From the IMG/VR virus record IMGVR_UViG_3300015171_000005, positions 1 through 59,504 of that record: DNA of 59,504 bases, one strand, 5' to 3'. Within the stretch, counting starts at the first letter, position 1; each line of letters starts with the position of its first letter. The DNA is from a virus. Taxonomy: Duplodnaviria > Caudoviricetes. A program made the translations under genes and the position numbers. Below the pieces are notes generated by a model, which ran no database searches, was not told the origin of the DNA, and saw nothing but the letters and a program-made list of their open reading frames with translations. This document shows, piece by piece, positions 25,892-37,700 of this stretch.

Positions 25892-27996
25892 TCCGCTACA
25901 AGATCATTCAGCTTGATGCCGGTACTGAAAAGTATCTGCCGTTCGCAAAGCGGGAGGTTGTCAAGAAACTCGCGACGATGACCAGCATCAACAAGGATTT
26001 TAATCGCACGTGGATCGTGGACGGCGTGACGATCAGGGCTCGGTCCATAGGGTTCGCGTCGGCTTCGTCGATCGTCTCGGAAAATTCCAATTTCAACGAA
26101 GACGACCAGTTGGTGAAGCTGTGGCTTTCGAAGTCTTCAGTAGTCACATACAACACTTTGTACGATTGGCCGATGTCTACGCGCTTGTCTGATTTCACAC
26201 TCACTTACCCAAACAATCTCAGCAACATCTCAGGCGTTGCGTTGACCCCTCTTGCGCCGTTCTTGAGTTTTTCTATCGACGCCCCGCAAGACAACCACTT
26301 GAGCGCTGCAAAATTCAGCATGTTGTGCCGCCGCCAAAACTGGATGTTGCGCCGGTATTTTTCAGCGCTGGCTGGTTCTATTTTCGTTGACCGCAGATCG
26401 GGTGATCCCGGCGAACTCGTGTCCCCGCCCGGTCAGCCCGCGCCGTTGAATCTCGCACAATACAACGCGCTGACTGATGATGGGAAGGAGCGATATCTTC
26501 AATCCGTTGCTTACTGGCGCGTCGGGTTGAAGATAAATTCGGATGATTGCTTTATGTCTGTGCCAGTGATCACGCCTGCCGTCGCGGCGACACCGACCAA
26601 GAAAGCGGTACCTGAAAAAATCGAATGCTATTTTCTGTTTGGGCAGTTTCAGAGTCCGAACAAATCACAAGGTGTGCCCTACTCTGCACTTGAACTCGGT
26701 TCTCCGACTGGTGATGATATCAAGCAGTACTTCAGGGGCGTGATTATTTCTTATTCGTCGCTTGTTGCCATGCAGGCGACACCGTTCAACGGCAGCGTCG
26801 ATTTTTCAATTTACAATCCTAATTCGAAAGCGCCGGTAAAAATTCTTTTGCCTACGGACTACGTCCGCTCACAGCCGGGTGTGCGCCGCTCTCTTGCTTT
26901 TTCTACGCAATATCCTATATCGGCAGTTCAGTTTGCTTATGTAGAGTCTCCATTCAATGCGACTTATTGGAGGCAAGAGCAGTGGACTTACACATACAAC
27001 GTGATTTATCAGGACATGTCCGTCTTCAACACTACCGGCGCGCGTAAAGAGTTCCTGGAGCAGCACACGCTGGACTCTAGTGGGCAGATTCATATAACTC
27101 CTGTCGATACGAGCCCGTTGGAAGGAGCCAAGACGATCACCACCGGATCGACTTCCAACCTTGATCAAAGTGGGTCTGCGTCTTCTGTTAATTGCAAGCT
27201 GGCGTTTTATAGTGGAGACGCTTTGATTCCTGTCGCGGACTACGCACTCACGGCAGCGTCATACGCTGTAGTTGGCGGTATAGGAACGAGTACACCGGGG
27301 ACAGTGACGATCACTAGTGCGTTGCCCTTTGTGGCGGCACCGATAACACCGGCCATGTATGCAGATGAGTACTTGCCTGAATACGGGTTGATCAGGTCCG
27401 GGGCTGCTGTGCTGAACACGGATTTTTCATCCCGCGTCTATAGCCGTTCGTATCCCTACGACATAGGCAGCGGCGTTCAGTTCTATCAAACGGAAGCTTA
27501 TCGTGGGTCGATAAGCAACAGTTCGACAAATCGTACTGGCGTATTCGTACGCACCGATACGACGACAGGCTTTGTGTATGGACTAACGGGGTACGACGGA
27601 TTCAACGTGCCTACGGAGTTCCGCGCTGCGAAAACAGGCGTGCCGCAGAACTATGTTTACGGCCAATCGACTCCTCAGACGGTTGTCGGCGGCATCTACT
27701 GGCATCGCGACGGCCCTACCGGCGTTTTTACTTTTTCAGTTCCTTACCTCCAATTTAAAAAACGTGCAGATGACTGCTTGAGATATCAGCGGGTGTACGA
27801 CAAATTCAACGCTGATTACTTGCCTTCGGTGTTCGACAAAGTCAGTGGAATTACGACCCCTGCTGGCAAATTCTACGAGCCGCTCCCGGTCATACTCGCG
27901 AGGATCGTGGCCAACACGACGGTGCTCATCAACAACTTCGCATCCACGGATTTGTACCCGTGGGTAGCTCCTAATTTTCATGGAGTGATCATTTAA
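25888..27996 (+). CDS. large hypothetical virion protein, AT-richer codon usage
   Basis: 702 aa ORF with GTGA coupling. Confidence 0.75.
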   Translation: MIRYKIIQLDAGTEKYLPFAKREVVKKLATMTSINKDFNRTWIVDGVTIRARSIGFASASSIVSENSNFNEDDQLVKLWLSKSSVVTYNTLYDWPMSTRLSDFTLTYPNNLSNISGVALTPLAPFLSFSIDAPQDNHLSAAKFSMLCRRQNWMLRRYFSALAGSIFVDRRSGDPGELVSPPGQPAPLNLAQYNALTDDGKERYLQSVAYWRVGLKINSDDCFMSVPVITPAVAATPTKKAVPEKIECYFLFGQFQSPNKSQGVPYSALELGSPTGDDIKQYFRGVIISYSSLVAMQATPFNGSVDFSIYNPNSKAPVKILLPTDYVRSQPGVRRSLAFSTQYPISAVQFAYVESPFNATYWRQEQWTYTYNVIYQDMSVFNTTGARKEFLEQHTLDSSGQIHITPVDTSPLEGAKTITTGSTSNLDQSGSASSVNCKLAFYSGDALIPVADYALTAASYAVVGGIGTSTPGTVTITSALPFVAAPITPAMYADEYLPEYGLIRSGAAVLNTDFSSRVYSRSYPYDIGSGVQFYQTEAYRGSISNSSTNRTGVFVRTDTTTGFVYGLTGYDGFNVPTEFRAAKTGVPQNYVYGQSTPQTVVGGIYWHRDGPTGVFTFSVPYLQFKKRADDCLRYQRVYDKFNADYLPSVFDKVSGITTPAGKFYEPLPVILARIVANTTVLINNFASTDLYPWVAPNFHGVII

Positions 27997-28070
27997 GGAT
28001 CAATAGCTTATTTGCTGTTCTTGCTGCAAAATACGCACCAGCCGGTGCCCTTCATACATAGGAGATTCAA

Positions 28071-28484
28071 ATGGCCCTGATCGTCCCTTCCGCAGCCGAA
28101 AAAACGATGCTCGACTTCACGCTCGGCGTTACCACACCGGGCAACCAGATTCTGAAATTGTTCGTGAACAACGTGACGCCCGACGATACGTTCGTCGCGG
28201 CGAGCTTGACCGAGATGAGCACGCTCGGCTACGCCGCCAAGACCCTCACCAAGACTTCGTGGGTCTCGGTCGCGGGCGCGACAGGACAAGTCTGCACTTC
28301 GACCTACGCGCAGCAGACGTGGACCTTCACGGCAGGCACCGCCGTCACGGTGTACGGCTACTTCGTGACCGACACCACGACCGGGCTCCTGCTCTGGGTG
28401 GAACTCTTCGCGACCGCCAAGGTGGTGCAGAACACGGGCGATCAGATCATCATCACCCCGACGATCACTGGCTCGCGTACATAA
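28071..28484 (+). CDS. small tail-associated structural protein
   Basis: TAGGAGA RBS; GYA...L....W motif shared with 39303-39743. Confidence 0.75.
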   Translation: MALIVPSAAEKTMLDFTLGVTTPGNQILKLFVNNVTPDDTFVAASLTEMSTLGYAAKTLTKTSWVSVAGATGQVCTSTYAQQTWTFTAGTAVTVYGYFVTDTTTGLLLWVELFATAKVVQNTGDQIIITPTITGSRT

Positions 28485-28493
28485 GAGCTAGAA

Positions 28494-30104
28494 ATGGCCG
28501 CTACCACTTGGAACCCATCAGATAAGAACGCTGGCATAACGCTGTCAGGTGGAAGCCTGACAGCGGCTGCTGGCGGGGCGTCTCAGGGCGTTCGCGCTAC
28601 GACTGGGGTTGCGAGTGGTAAGTGGTACTGGGAAATTACATGCACCACTCTTAGTGGTGGCGGCGCGGCGGAAGTCGGTGTAGCTGGCGCAGCAGCGTCT
28701 CTTTCTGCGGCGCTGTATAGCTCTGCTGTCGGATGGGTGTACTGGTCTAACGCCACGAAGGGTAATAACGGCACTAACCCGGCATACGGCGCTGCATTTG
28801 TTTCTGGCGACATCATCGGTGTTGCGCTCGACATGAATGCGGGCACCATCACGTTCTACAAGAACGGTACTAGCCAAGGCCAAGCGTTCTCGGGCATTAC
28901 GGGCACGATCTACCCGGCGATGGATGCGTTCAGTGGCACGTGGACCGTCACGGCTAACTTTGGCGCGTCTTCGTTCACGTATACGCCACCATCCGGGTTT
29001 CTCGGACTCGACTCGAACCTCCTGAGCTACACCGTGCCGGTGTCGGGCGGCTACATCTGGGGCGGTGCCGCGCCGGTCTCGATCAACTTCACAGTCTTCA
29101 CGCCGAGCGGCGGGCTGCTGTGGGGCGGCTCCGCGCCGGTTAGCACGCTGATAATACAGGCGTACAACATTCCTGCGCCTACGGGCGGATATCTCTGGGG
29201 CGGCACGGCCCCCGTGGTCTATACCCCCGTCTCCATCTACCCCATCACTCCTTCTGGTGGATTCACGTGGGGTGGCTCCGCAGGAATTTCAGAAAACCTT
29301 ATCTACATACCAACGGGCGGATTGCTGTGGAGCGGCTCGGCACCTGTCTTGGAGAAAATCCCATACACGCCGACTGGTGGGCTTCTGTGGAGCGGGTCAG
29401 CGCCAGTTCAATACGTGTCCGCGCCGGTGCCGTCCGGTGGATATCTATGGGGTGGCGTTGCTCCCGTCGCTGTAGTGACGAGCCACCCCCCAAGCGGCGG
29501 CTTCGTGTGGGGTGGCGCTGCCGTTGTTCGTGCATACCAAGCGTTCTTCGCGCCGAGCGGTGGCTTTGCGTGGGGCGGCAGCGCCATCGCGTATCTGGTG
29601 ACTTCGTCGCGCGTTGTAACGACCGAGAATCCATACGCTGATCCGTTCCCCGGCTGGGCGGTCAACTTTGATAATTTCGCGCCGTCGCGTTACATGGACA
29701 TGCCCGCGAATTCCATGGCGCAGTTGGGCGGCAAGACGTATGTGACAAATGCTGGCGGCGTCTACGTTGTCGGTGCGGACGATGATGCGGGGCAACCCAT
29801 TCGTGCGTCCGTTGATTTCCCTTACACGGATTATCAGGATGCGCACGAGAAGCGTATGGAAGCGGCGTACTTCGGTTTCAAGTGCACAGGGTCGATGAAA
29901 CTCAAGGTGTTCACCAATCGCGCTTCGCCGCAGTACTACTTGCTTATCCCTTCGGGGGCTTCGGTCAAGGGCAACCGCGTACGTCTTGGTAAAGGGCTGG
30001 TAGGCCGCTATTGGGGTTTCCGGCTCAATAACGTCGCCGGGGCTGACTTCGAACTCGAAAGCGCGGAATTCATCCCGCACGCCGGTCAACGTCACGGAGC
30101 ATAA
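28494..30104 (+). CDS. virion protein: SPRY-like domain, nine Gly/Trp repeats, C-terminal domain
   Basis: SGKWYWE...GDIIGVALD...G.ITFYKNG; 9 x (S/T)GG..W(G/S)G.A. Confidence 0.8.
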   Translation: MAATTWNPSDKNAGITLSGGSLTAAAGGASQGVRATTGVASGKWYWEITCTTLSGGGAAEVGVAGAAASLSAALYSSAVGWVYWSNATKGNNGTNPAYGAAFVSGDIIGVALDMNAGTITFYKNGTSQGQAFSGITGTIYPAMDAFSGTWTVTANFGASSFTYTPPSGFLGLDSNLLSYTVPVSGGYIWGGAAPVSINFTVFTPSGGLLWGGSAPVSTLIIQAYNIPAPTGGYLWGGTAPVVYTPVSIYPITPSGGFTWGGSAGISENLIYIPTGGLLWSGSAPVLEKIPYTPTGGLLWSGSAPVQYVSAPVPSGGYLWGGVAPVAVVTSHPPSGGFVWGGAAVVRAYQAFFAPSGGFAWGGSAIAYLVTSSRVVTTENPYADPFPGWAVNFDNFAPSRYMDMPANSMAQLGGKTYVTNAGGVYVVGADDDAGQPIRASVDFPYTDYQDAHEKRMEAAYFGFKCTGSMKLKVFTNRASPQYYLLIPSGASVKGNRVRLGKGLVGRYWGFRLNNVAGADFELESAEFIPHAGQRHGA

Positions 30105-30107
30105 GAT

Positions 30108-31550
30108 ATGGCACAGCAAATCAAAGTTGACATCGCTAACGCAGTACTTGAGCCCACCCCGACCTCATTGACCGGGCCGTGGACTAATTCTGCGGATGCC
30201 AGCGCTGCCGCGAAGCTCATTACGTTTCTTCAGGGCGTGTCGCAAGCTTCTTTGTACGGCGCGACCGCTTCTGCCCCGTGGATCATCGAAGCTGCGGACC
30301 AAGGACAGAATGCTGACCAGAACTCTCTCATCAAGAAGCAGATCACTGCACCGGTTGCCATAGATTCGAGCAGTGTCTTCAAAGGGTGGGTCGCACCGAC
30401 AGTGCCGTCGCTGCCAAATTTTCCGACCCTGCCCACCAACCTGACGCTCGATTTCAACGCGCTGAAGACTCAGGTCGCGGCTGATGTGACCAATCTACAG
30501 AATTCATGGATGGCGAAGTTTCTTCCGGCGAGCCCTCCTGATTTTTCGCGTGTCGACGCACTGAATGTGGAAATTCTCAGTGGCGCAAACGCTGCCGCTG
30601 CGAAAGCTCTGTTGGATAGTCTGGAAACGGATTTGAAAGCAGCGCTCACTAATTCCCTCACTACATTGAACAACGGCATCACCAACAACATCGCGGCGTC
30701 GAAAGCGGCGCTTTCGACGAATGTTGCGGGGTTGCAGCCGAAAATCGATGCCGCGATCAACTTGGCTACTTCCAATATTGCGGCAATCGCCGTGGCTCGC
30801 GCGCGCGATCAGGCTGCGCGTGAAGGTGCCCGGCTTGAATCCGAAGCGATCAGCGATCTCGCGTCTCGTGGTTTTGCGTTGCCTTCCGGTATCTTGACCG
30901 CACTGCAACAGTCTGCACGGCAAGCCACGCTCAATGCGGCGTCAAGCGTGGCAGGTGACATGGCGATTCGTGCACAAGTGCAATACGTAGAACTGGCCAA
31001 GATGTCCGTCAACGAATGGCAACGGGTGGCAGAGTTCCAGTTGAAGTCCGAGATCGAGGCGTATCGTAATTTTGCTGAAATCCAATTGCGCGGCGCTGCA
31101 TTGGAAATGGAAAACAACCGCGCCAAGGTCAAGCAGGCATTCGATCATCTCGGGCTGCGGCTCGACTTTTCGAAGTTCAGCGGAGACCTTGCGGTGAAGT
31201 ACCGGCTCGGTGTGATCGAGTCGATGAATCATCTCATTGCTGCGTACGCGCAGTTGAACCACAACGAGACGGAATACCTTACGGCGATCGCAGCCGCGCA
31301 GCGCGCGAATCTTGCCGCGCTCATCGATTACTACAAGCTCTCGCTGCAAGAAGCGGAGATCGGCATCAAGGTCTCGCTCGCCAACAACGAGAACACGTTG
31401 AAGTATGCCGAGATCGCGGCGCAGTTCATCGGCACTTCCGTGGGCCACCACGTGACTGCCGCCGCGCAGGCGGCGGATATCTACGCGAAAGTTTCGGCGC
31501 TGGCTTTCAGCGGGCTCAATGGCGTGGCTTCCGCGACATCGACGGGCTGA
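30108..31550 (+). CDS. internal virion protein (helical)
   Basis: Ala-rich coiled coil with ASRGF.LP.G motif. Confidence 0.7.
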   Translation: MAQQIKVDIANAVLEPTPTSLTGPWTNSADASAAAKLITFLQGVSQASLYGATASAPWIIEAADQGQNADQNSLIKKQITAPVAIDSSSVFKGWVAPTVPSLPNFPTLPTNLTLDFNALKTQVAADVTNLQNSWMAKFLPASPPDFSRVDALNVEILSGANAAAAKALLDSLETDLKAALTNSLTTLNNGITNNIAASKAALSTNVAGLQPKIDAAINLATSNIAAIAVARARDQAAREGARLESEAISDLASRGFALPSGILTALQQSARQATLNAASSVAGDMAIRAQVQYVELAKMSVNEWQRVAEFQLKSEIEAYRNFAEIQLRGAALEMENNRAKVKQAFDHLGLRLDFSKFSGDLAVKYRLGVIESMNHLIAAYAQLNHNETEYLTAIAAAQRANLAALIDYYKLSLQEAEIGIKVSLANNENTLKYAEIAAQFIGTSVGHHVTAAAQAADIYAKVSALAFSGLNGVASATSTG

Positions 31551-31566
31551 GAAAAGGAGACTTCTC

Positions 31567-34500
31567 ATGGCGAAAATCACAACCAAGCAGCGCAAGCATC
31601 TCGACGACGGTGTTTTCGGCTTGCCCGAGCAGCGCAAGTATCCGATGCCCGACGCGGGCCACGCCCGCGTGGCGAAGTCTTACGCGGCAAAAGAATTCGA
31701 CGCGGGCAGGCTCTCGGCGGAAGACAAGTCTCGCATCGACGAAAAAGCGGACGGCATTCTCAAGATGGCCGATGGCGGCATGGTATCTCTCAGGGGGAGC
31801 GGCATGAAAAGCAACATGACGAAGCACTTCGACAAAAAGGCGACGCTGCGCTTGACGCAACCGCACTACGCGGACGGCGGCATCGTGAAGAAGATCACGG
31901 ACACCGCGCAGAACGCGTTCGCCGACACTTTCAACGCGCCGACGCTCGCCGCGTTCGACGCTAGCCAAACTACCGATCTGCGTGGTTCGCCGGGCCCTCT
32001 CGTAGGTCCGCAGATGCCGACTCAGGACCGCGTCCCCGTCAGCGGGGCTTTCGCGCCCAATCCCAATCCGGTCAAACCGGCGTTGCAAGCCAATAACATC
32101 GGCGGCATCCGCGCAGCAGATGGTGGAGACGTGGATGATCTGGTCGCTCGCCAAGGGCTGCGTGGCGCGATCCGGCACGGCGAAGTGCACGGCCCCGGTG
32201 GCCCGCGCGACGACAAAGTTCCGGCCATGCTCTCCAACGGCGAGTTCGTGATCCCGGCTGATGTTGTAGACAAGGTCGGCGAAGGCAATCTCAAATCGAT
32301 GATAGACAAGTACCACGCGCCGCACGCCAATGACGCGAGCCTGCGTGCACAGAATCACTTCGCGGGCGGCGAAAAAGTAGGAGGGCAAGGGCCCATCGAC
32401 TTTAATAGCATCAACTACGAACCGACTACGCCGCAGGCTGCGGTCGAACCGACGATGACTGGTGGCTCTCGTGCGGCCCCGGTGGAATTCAATAATGCGC
32501 CGGGGACAGCTTCGCCTGCGTCCGAGCCGCCCGTAGGAGCGCGCGCCGCGCAAATGCAAGATGTTCTGGCTGAAAATGAAGCGCGTCGTAGTGCGTGGCG
32601 CACGAACAACCCCGGTGTGACGCCGGAACGCATGGCCCGTGCGCAGTCGTTTGGAACGGCTACGCCACCCCCCGCCGCTGCTGCCGCTGAAGTCGCTGCT
32701 CCTGCTGCCGCTGAAGCTGCTGCTCCTGCCGCTGAAACGGCTGGCAATTTCCTCACTCGGTCGCGCAGCGCTGCTGGTGCGGCGGCGGATGTCGCCAAGG
32801 GCGCGTATGGCGCGGGGCGTAGCCTCGCGGGTGCGACGCTGCGTGCGGCTTCTGGATTGCCCGCACTCGCTGCAATTCCGTACCTTATCGGGCGCGGTGA
32901 TTACGAAATCAAAGACGATACGCCGTCTCTTCCTGACGCCATGTTCAAGCGTGCCGGGCAGCTTTTTACTGGTACGGCGCTTCCGAGTGATCGTGAAGAA
33001 GGGCGTGAGTCGGTGCGCAAAGCGGGGCTCGAAGTCGGGCTCGATACGGCATCCGGCGCAGCGAAGATGGTGGACTACGGCGCGGGCTTGGTGGGTGCGC
33101 ACCCCGATCTGTCGGGGCGGTTGCGTCGGCAGGCACAAGGCGATCTCGGGGAATTTCTCGATAAGCCGGGTGGTTCGCGCGGCGGCGATACGTTCAAATC
33201 GCCGGGCTCCGTGTCGAGTGATGAAGGCGGCATGCTGGAAGGCGGCGTAGCGCCGCGCGTGCCACTCAAGTCGTCGTCCGACATGGATTTGATGGGCCCG
33301 ACCGCAGACGGCAATCGGCACATCCAGATCGGCTTCGATGGCCCCGTGGGTGGTGCGGATCATCAACGCGCGGTCAAGGCGTACGAAGATTCGATCGCCG
33401 CTGGTGGCCCCGGCTGGCGCGGCGGCGAAGATTCTCTTCGCGGGCGTTATCTCGAAGCGCGTAGCCGTGCGCTCGATCCTCGTTATCAACGCGCGCAAGC
33501 CGAGAACGACGCGCGTATCGACGGCGCATCCGCCAAGACCGACGCCGAGATGGCGAGTCTTCGGGCTCAGACACTGGCGGGGATGCAGGGTAATGGCGGT
33601 GGTGGTGGTGGTGGTGATTTTTACAAGCCCTACGGTAACGCCGCGCCGGGCTCGTGGGATGACTTTTTCAACAAGCGCGCGAACGCGCGCACAATGAATG
33701 CGCGTATTGGTGCTGAACAACAGGAGCGTGACAGCCTGCGTAGCGCGGGCACTCTTCGGCGCGGGCAGGACATCGTCGCGCGTACGGCGCAAGGCGAGCA
33801 AGGCGTTCAGAATCGCGGGCATGAATTGCAATACTCCGCATCGACCTACGGCCATGAGCTTTCGGCTCGTACGGCGGCGAATTCTGCGCGTCTCGCGCAG
33901 ATGAATGCCGATCGTAAGTACAACTACGACGCGTACAAGGACTTCGGTGCCAATGGCCCCGGCTCGGGCGGCGGCGAGCAAGGCCGAGCGGAAGATGCTG
34001 CGCGTCAGAACGCGCAAGCGGCGCATACGAAGCAACTGGAAGCCATGTACACCGATCCCGCCACGGGCAAACCGGACATGGCGCGGGTATCCGAGCACAA
34101 GCAAGCCACGACCGAAGGTCTGGGTGCCATTATCAGAACTTTGGGCGAAAGCTCTAATCCCGCCGACCGCGAGACAGCGAAGCGGATCAACGAGCGTGGA
34201 ATGAACGACGCGGACCATCAAAAAATTCGCGCCCTTATCGATCTGAAACATCGTGCGCAGGAGACTCACAACGGGCTCGATCCTTGGGGTACGAAATTCA
34301 AGGACTCGTCCAATCCCTACGATTATGAAGTTCTGCATCCCGAAGAAGTCGCCAAGGGCGGCGACGTACGGCTCGGACCCCCGATCGATCCGAATAACCC
34401 GAACGGCCCGACCAAGGGCGGCACGATTCGCGCGAACCATCTCAAGTACAACGAGAAGGGGAATTTCTTCGGTGTGAATTTCGGCAAGATCGATACATCG

Positions 34501-34767
34501 ACGTTCGACCCAGCCAAGGCGAACTTGCGTGTGAACCCACATGACAACATTCGGGCGCATACCACTCCCGAAGACCAACGTAACGCAGCCGAACTTCACG
34601 CTGCTGCTACTCGGGCTGTGGGCGGCTCGGCGCAACCGCGAAACATAGCTGAGTTGGAAGCCTCACTGCGCGCCCCCCTGACCCGTGCTCAAATCCGTCA
34701 AATGAACGGAGGGCGCGAGCCACGTTGGGGCGACCCCGGCCATGAAGAATGGCACAGCGCTAAATGA
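31567..34767 (+). CDS. large internal virion/ejection protein
   Basis: AAGGAGA RBS; repeated ADGG motifs; GPG..RDD.VPAMLSNGEFVIPA.VV motif. Confidence 0.75.
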   Translation: MAKITTKQRKHLDDGVFGLPEQRKYPMPDAGHARVAKSYAAKEFDAGRLSAEDKSRIDEKADGILKMADGGMVSLRGSGMKSNMTKHFDKKATLRLTQPHYADGGIVKKITDTAQNAFADTFNAPTLAAFDASQTTDLRGSPGPLVGPQMPTQDRVPVSGAFAPNPNPVKPALQANNIGGIRAADGGDVDDLVARQGLRGAIRHGEVHGPGGPRDDKVPAMLSNGEFVIPADVVDKVGEGNLKSMIDKYHAPHANDASLRAQNHFAGGEKVGGQGPIDFNSINYEPTTPQAAVEPTMTGGSRAAPVEFNNAPGTASPASEPPVGARAAQMQDVLAENEARRSAWRTNNPGVTPERMARAQSFGTATPPPAAAAAEVAAPAAAEAAAPAAETAGNFLTRSRSAAGAAADVAKGAYGAGRSLAGATLRAASGLPALAAIPYLIGRGDYEIKDDTPSLPDAMFKRAGQLFTGTALPSDREEGRESVRKAGLEVGLDTASGAAKMVDYGAGLVGAHPDLSGRLRRQAQGDLGEFLDKPGGSRGGDTFKSPGSVSSDEGGMLEGGVAPRVPLKSSSDMDLMGPTADGNRHIQIGFDGPVGGADHQRAVKAYEDSIAAGGPGWRGGEDSLRGRYLEARSRALDPRYQRAQAENDARIDGASAKTDAEMASLRAQTLAGMQGNGGGGGGGDFYKPYGNAAPGSWDDFFNKRANARTMNARIGAEQQERDSLRSAGTLRRGQDIVARTAQGEQGVQNRGHELQYSASTYGHELSARTAANSARLAQMNADRKYNYDAYKDFGANGPGSGGGEQGRAEDAARQNAQAAHTKQLEAMYTDPATGKPDMARVSEHKQATTEGLGAIIRTLGESSNPADRETAKRINERGMNDADHQKIRALIDLKHRAQETHNGLDPWGTKFKDSSNPYDYEVLHPEEVAKGGDVRLGPPIDPNNPNGPTKGGTIRANHLKYNEKGNFFGVNFGKIDTSTFDPAKANLRVNPHDNIRAHTTPEDQRNAAELHAAATRAVGGSAQPRNIAELEASLRAPLTRAQIRQMNGGREPRWGDPGHEEWHSAK

Positions 34768-37700
34768 GCACCTTTCTCGATTCGGCGCTCGCACGCGCAC
34801 GCGAAATAGAGGGTAGTGCTGCGCCAGAAGGCGGCGCAGCACCCCCGGACGACGGCGCATTCTCGCAGGGTCTTCGCTCGGGCTGGACCGGGCTGAAGGG
34901 CGAAGGTCATGCGTTTCTGGGGGGTCTGACAGAGCCTTTTGCGCCCGATTACGCTCGTGATCAATACGCTCAGTCCAAAGCTCTTCAGGAGCAGGCCGCG
35001 ACCGAAGCCCCCAAGGTCAACTCCTTCGATCAGGTGACGGACCTTCGCTCGGGGTTCGACTATGGGCTGGGCAAGTTGGGCCAGATGATCCCCGGTGCCC
35101 TGCCAGCGGTCGGAGCCATGATCGCCACCCGTGGCCGCTCCCCGATTCTGGCCTCCACCGCCGCGACCATCCCCAGCGAGATGGGCGGGGCCATCCAAGC
35201 GCAGCAAAACGACCCCATAGCCGCCGCCAAACCGGTCTCTGAGCGCCTTTCGTCCGCTCTGGGTACAGGTACAGCCGCGAGCCTCGTGGAGAACGCTGTG
35301 CCCGGCTACATGGCCGGGAAACTCATGAATAAAGGGGTAGCTGCTGGAGCCCGGCAAGGACTCGCCCCGATCATTGGCCGCAACATCGCCGAAGGCTCGG
35401 CGGGCCAAGCTGTCGCGGCGACCGGAGCCGAAGCGATCCGGCAGGGCGGCGAGAGCGATCTCAACCCCGACCGGGACACATCCGGCGACGCCGCCCGCCT
35501 GAAGGAAGCCGCCATCGGCGGGGCGGTCATCGGGGCCCCCTTCGGGGCCTTGGGCGCGGCAGGGGAGGCATTGCACCGCCCGCCCCGTGAAAGTGCCCCC
35601 AGTGCCCCCATTGACGCGGCCAAGAATCTTGTCGCCAGCGCCAAGGACAAGATCACCGGGCTCTTCACCAAGGAGAGCAGCACCGACGACGCTATCGCCC
35701 GGCGCGTCGAAGCCGATCTGCCGATCGATCCCCTGCCGCCCGGAGCCGACCCCAACGCGCACGTCGAGAAGAGCGACGCCAAGGCTGTCGAGTGGGCCAC
35801 CGCGAAGGCGAAAAGCTGGATCGAGAGCGACTACTTTCCGCAGGCAATGAAAGAACGCGCCGCCGAACTCCTGCCGAAGATTCATGAATTCGCCGCGCGC
35901 CAAGAGATCGCGGCCATGGACTTGAGCGACAAGGCGGTCAAGCAGGGCTCGGCTTTCTATCAGCACATGGCCGAGAAGAGCGGCACCCTGAAAGCCGCAG
36001 GCGACAAGATCAGCGAAGGCACAGCGGCGCTCTTGGGTACGGTCAAGGAAGCGGTCGCGAGCTTCGACACGCAGTCGGTGATTCAGAAAGCCACGCAGAC
36101 GCGCGACGCCGCGCTCTCGCTCCTGAAGAGCAAGAGCCTGCCACCCGAGACCAAGGCCAACCTGCAAGCCGCCGCCGACAACGTGCAGGACCGCTCCAAG
36201 CAGTTGTACGTCGCTGCGGTGGCCCAGTACGAAAAAGCCATGGCTTCGGCCAAGGACGGCACGGCGCAGGAAGCCATAAAGAAGAAGCTGGCCGAGATCG
36301 ACAAGTGGGCCAACAACGGTGCCCCGCCCGACAAGCTCCAAGGCATTCTCGATGTCGCATCGATGATGCTGTTCAGCAAGGACTACGCGGGTCCGCGCAA
36401 GATCATCAGCGACGAATTGACCCAAGCCATCAAATCGACACGCCCCGAACTGGTGAAGAACGCCGACGCGCTGCGCGATGTCTCGGAAGGCATCCGGCTG
36501 TATATGGATGAAGCGCGCAAAGGTGCGGCCCCCGAGAAAAGCTCGACGACGCGTGCGTACATCCGCTCGTTGCTGGGCGATCAGGCGGTCCCGTTCTTGG
36601 ACAACCTGCACACCAAGCTCTACGGCGACACCGACCACAAGGATTTCTACAAGAGCTTGGCTTCGCTCGACACGCGCGAGACCAATCACAAGTCGATGGC
36701 CGACGTGGTGCGCGAGAACAAGCTCCCCACCAGCGACGCGGACGTGAATGCAACCGTGCCGTTGCTGCGCCGCTATACGCGCGGCGACCACGTGAAAGAC
36801 ATGAGCCCGGAGAAGACGCAAGTCCGCGAGAAAGCGTTTCGCTCCGAGATCGAAAAACACTTCGGCAAGAACACCGACAAGGTATTGAAGGCATTCCAAA
36901 AGGAGCATGAAGCCAGTGGAGAATCTCCCACCGAATCCCGAGCCACCCCAAGAGCCGACAGCGGAGATGACAGAGACCATGAGTCCTCGAAGAATGCTGC
37001 GCGCGGAGGAATTGCTGAACACACCCTCGAAGCAACGGACCTATCTCAAGAGAGACCGCGATACTACGCTGGCAAGGGCGGCGCGTTCGTTCTCTCCCAT
37101 GAAGCCCACGTCCGCGAGTACGGACACGAAAACAGTCAAGCGGCGGGGCTTCTCGAACATGCAACGAAGCAAAACGAAGATCGTTCTGTAAGTTTCGTGA
37201 AAGCAGCCGACTTCATGAAGGAGCGGCGCGAAGCGATCCAGCACGAGATCGACAACGAGCACAGCCCGAAGAAGATCGAAGCACTGAAGGAAAAGCTCGC
37301 TCAGTATTCCGATGAAGAGCTTCATGCCGCGACAAACGGCAAGCCGGAAGACTACGGCGTGGTCGCTGCTGGCGGGCAGAAGATCGAAGGACGCATCACG
37401 CATGACGAAGCGCGTGCGATGCTGCTCGATACGAAGAGGTTCCCCAAATCCGAGAGCCGCATCAGCACGGACAAGCACAACGTCACGCTGGATGCGGTGC
37501 GTATCACGCAGGAGACCAAGAAGAAGCTTCCGTACATCGACGGCGAAGGCGACGACCGGCGTACCGCGCGCGCCTTCATGGAAGGGCTGGCGTCAGTGAT
37601 GAAGCACTACGGCGCGGGATTGGAAAAGCCCTTGCCCGACGATCTGGTGATCCTGCGCCGGGCAGGCGGCGGCGTCATGACCTTCGGCGAAGCCAAGAAG

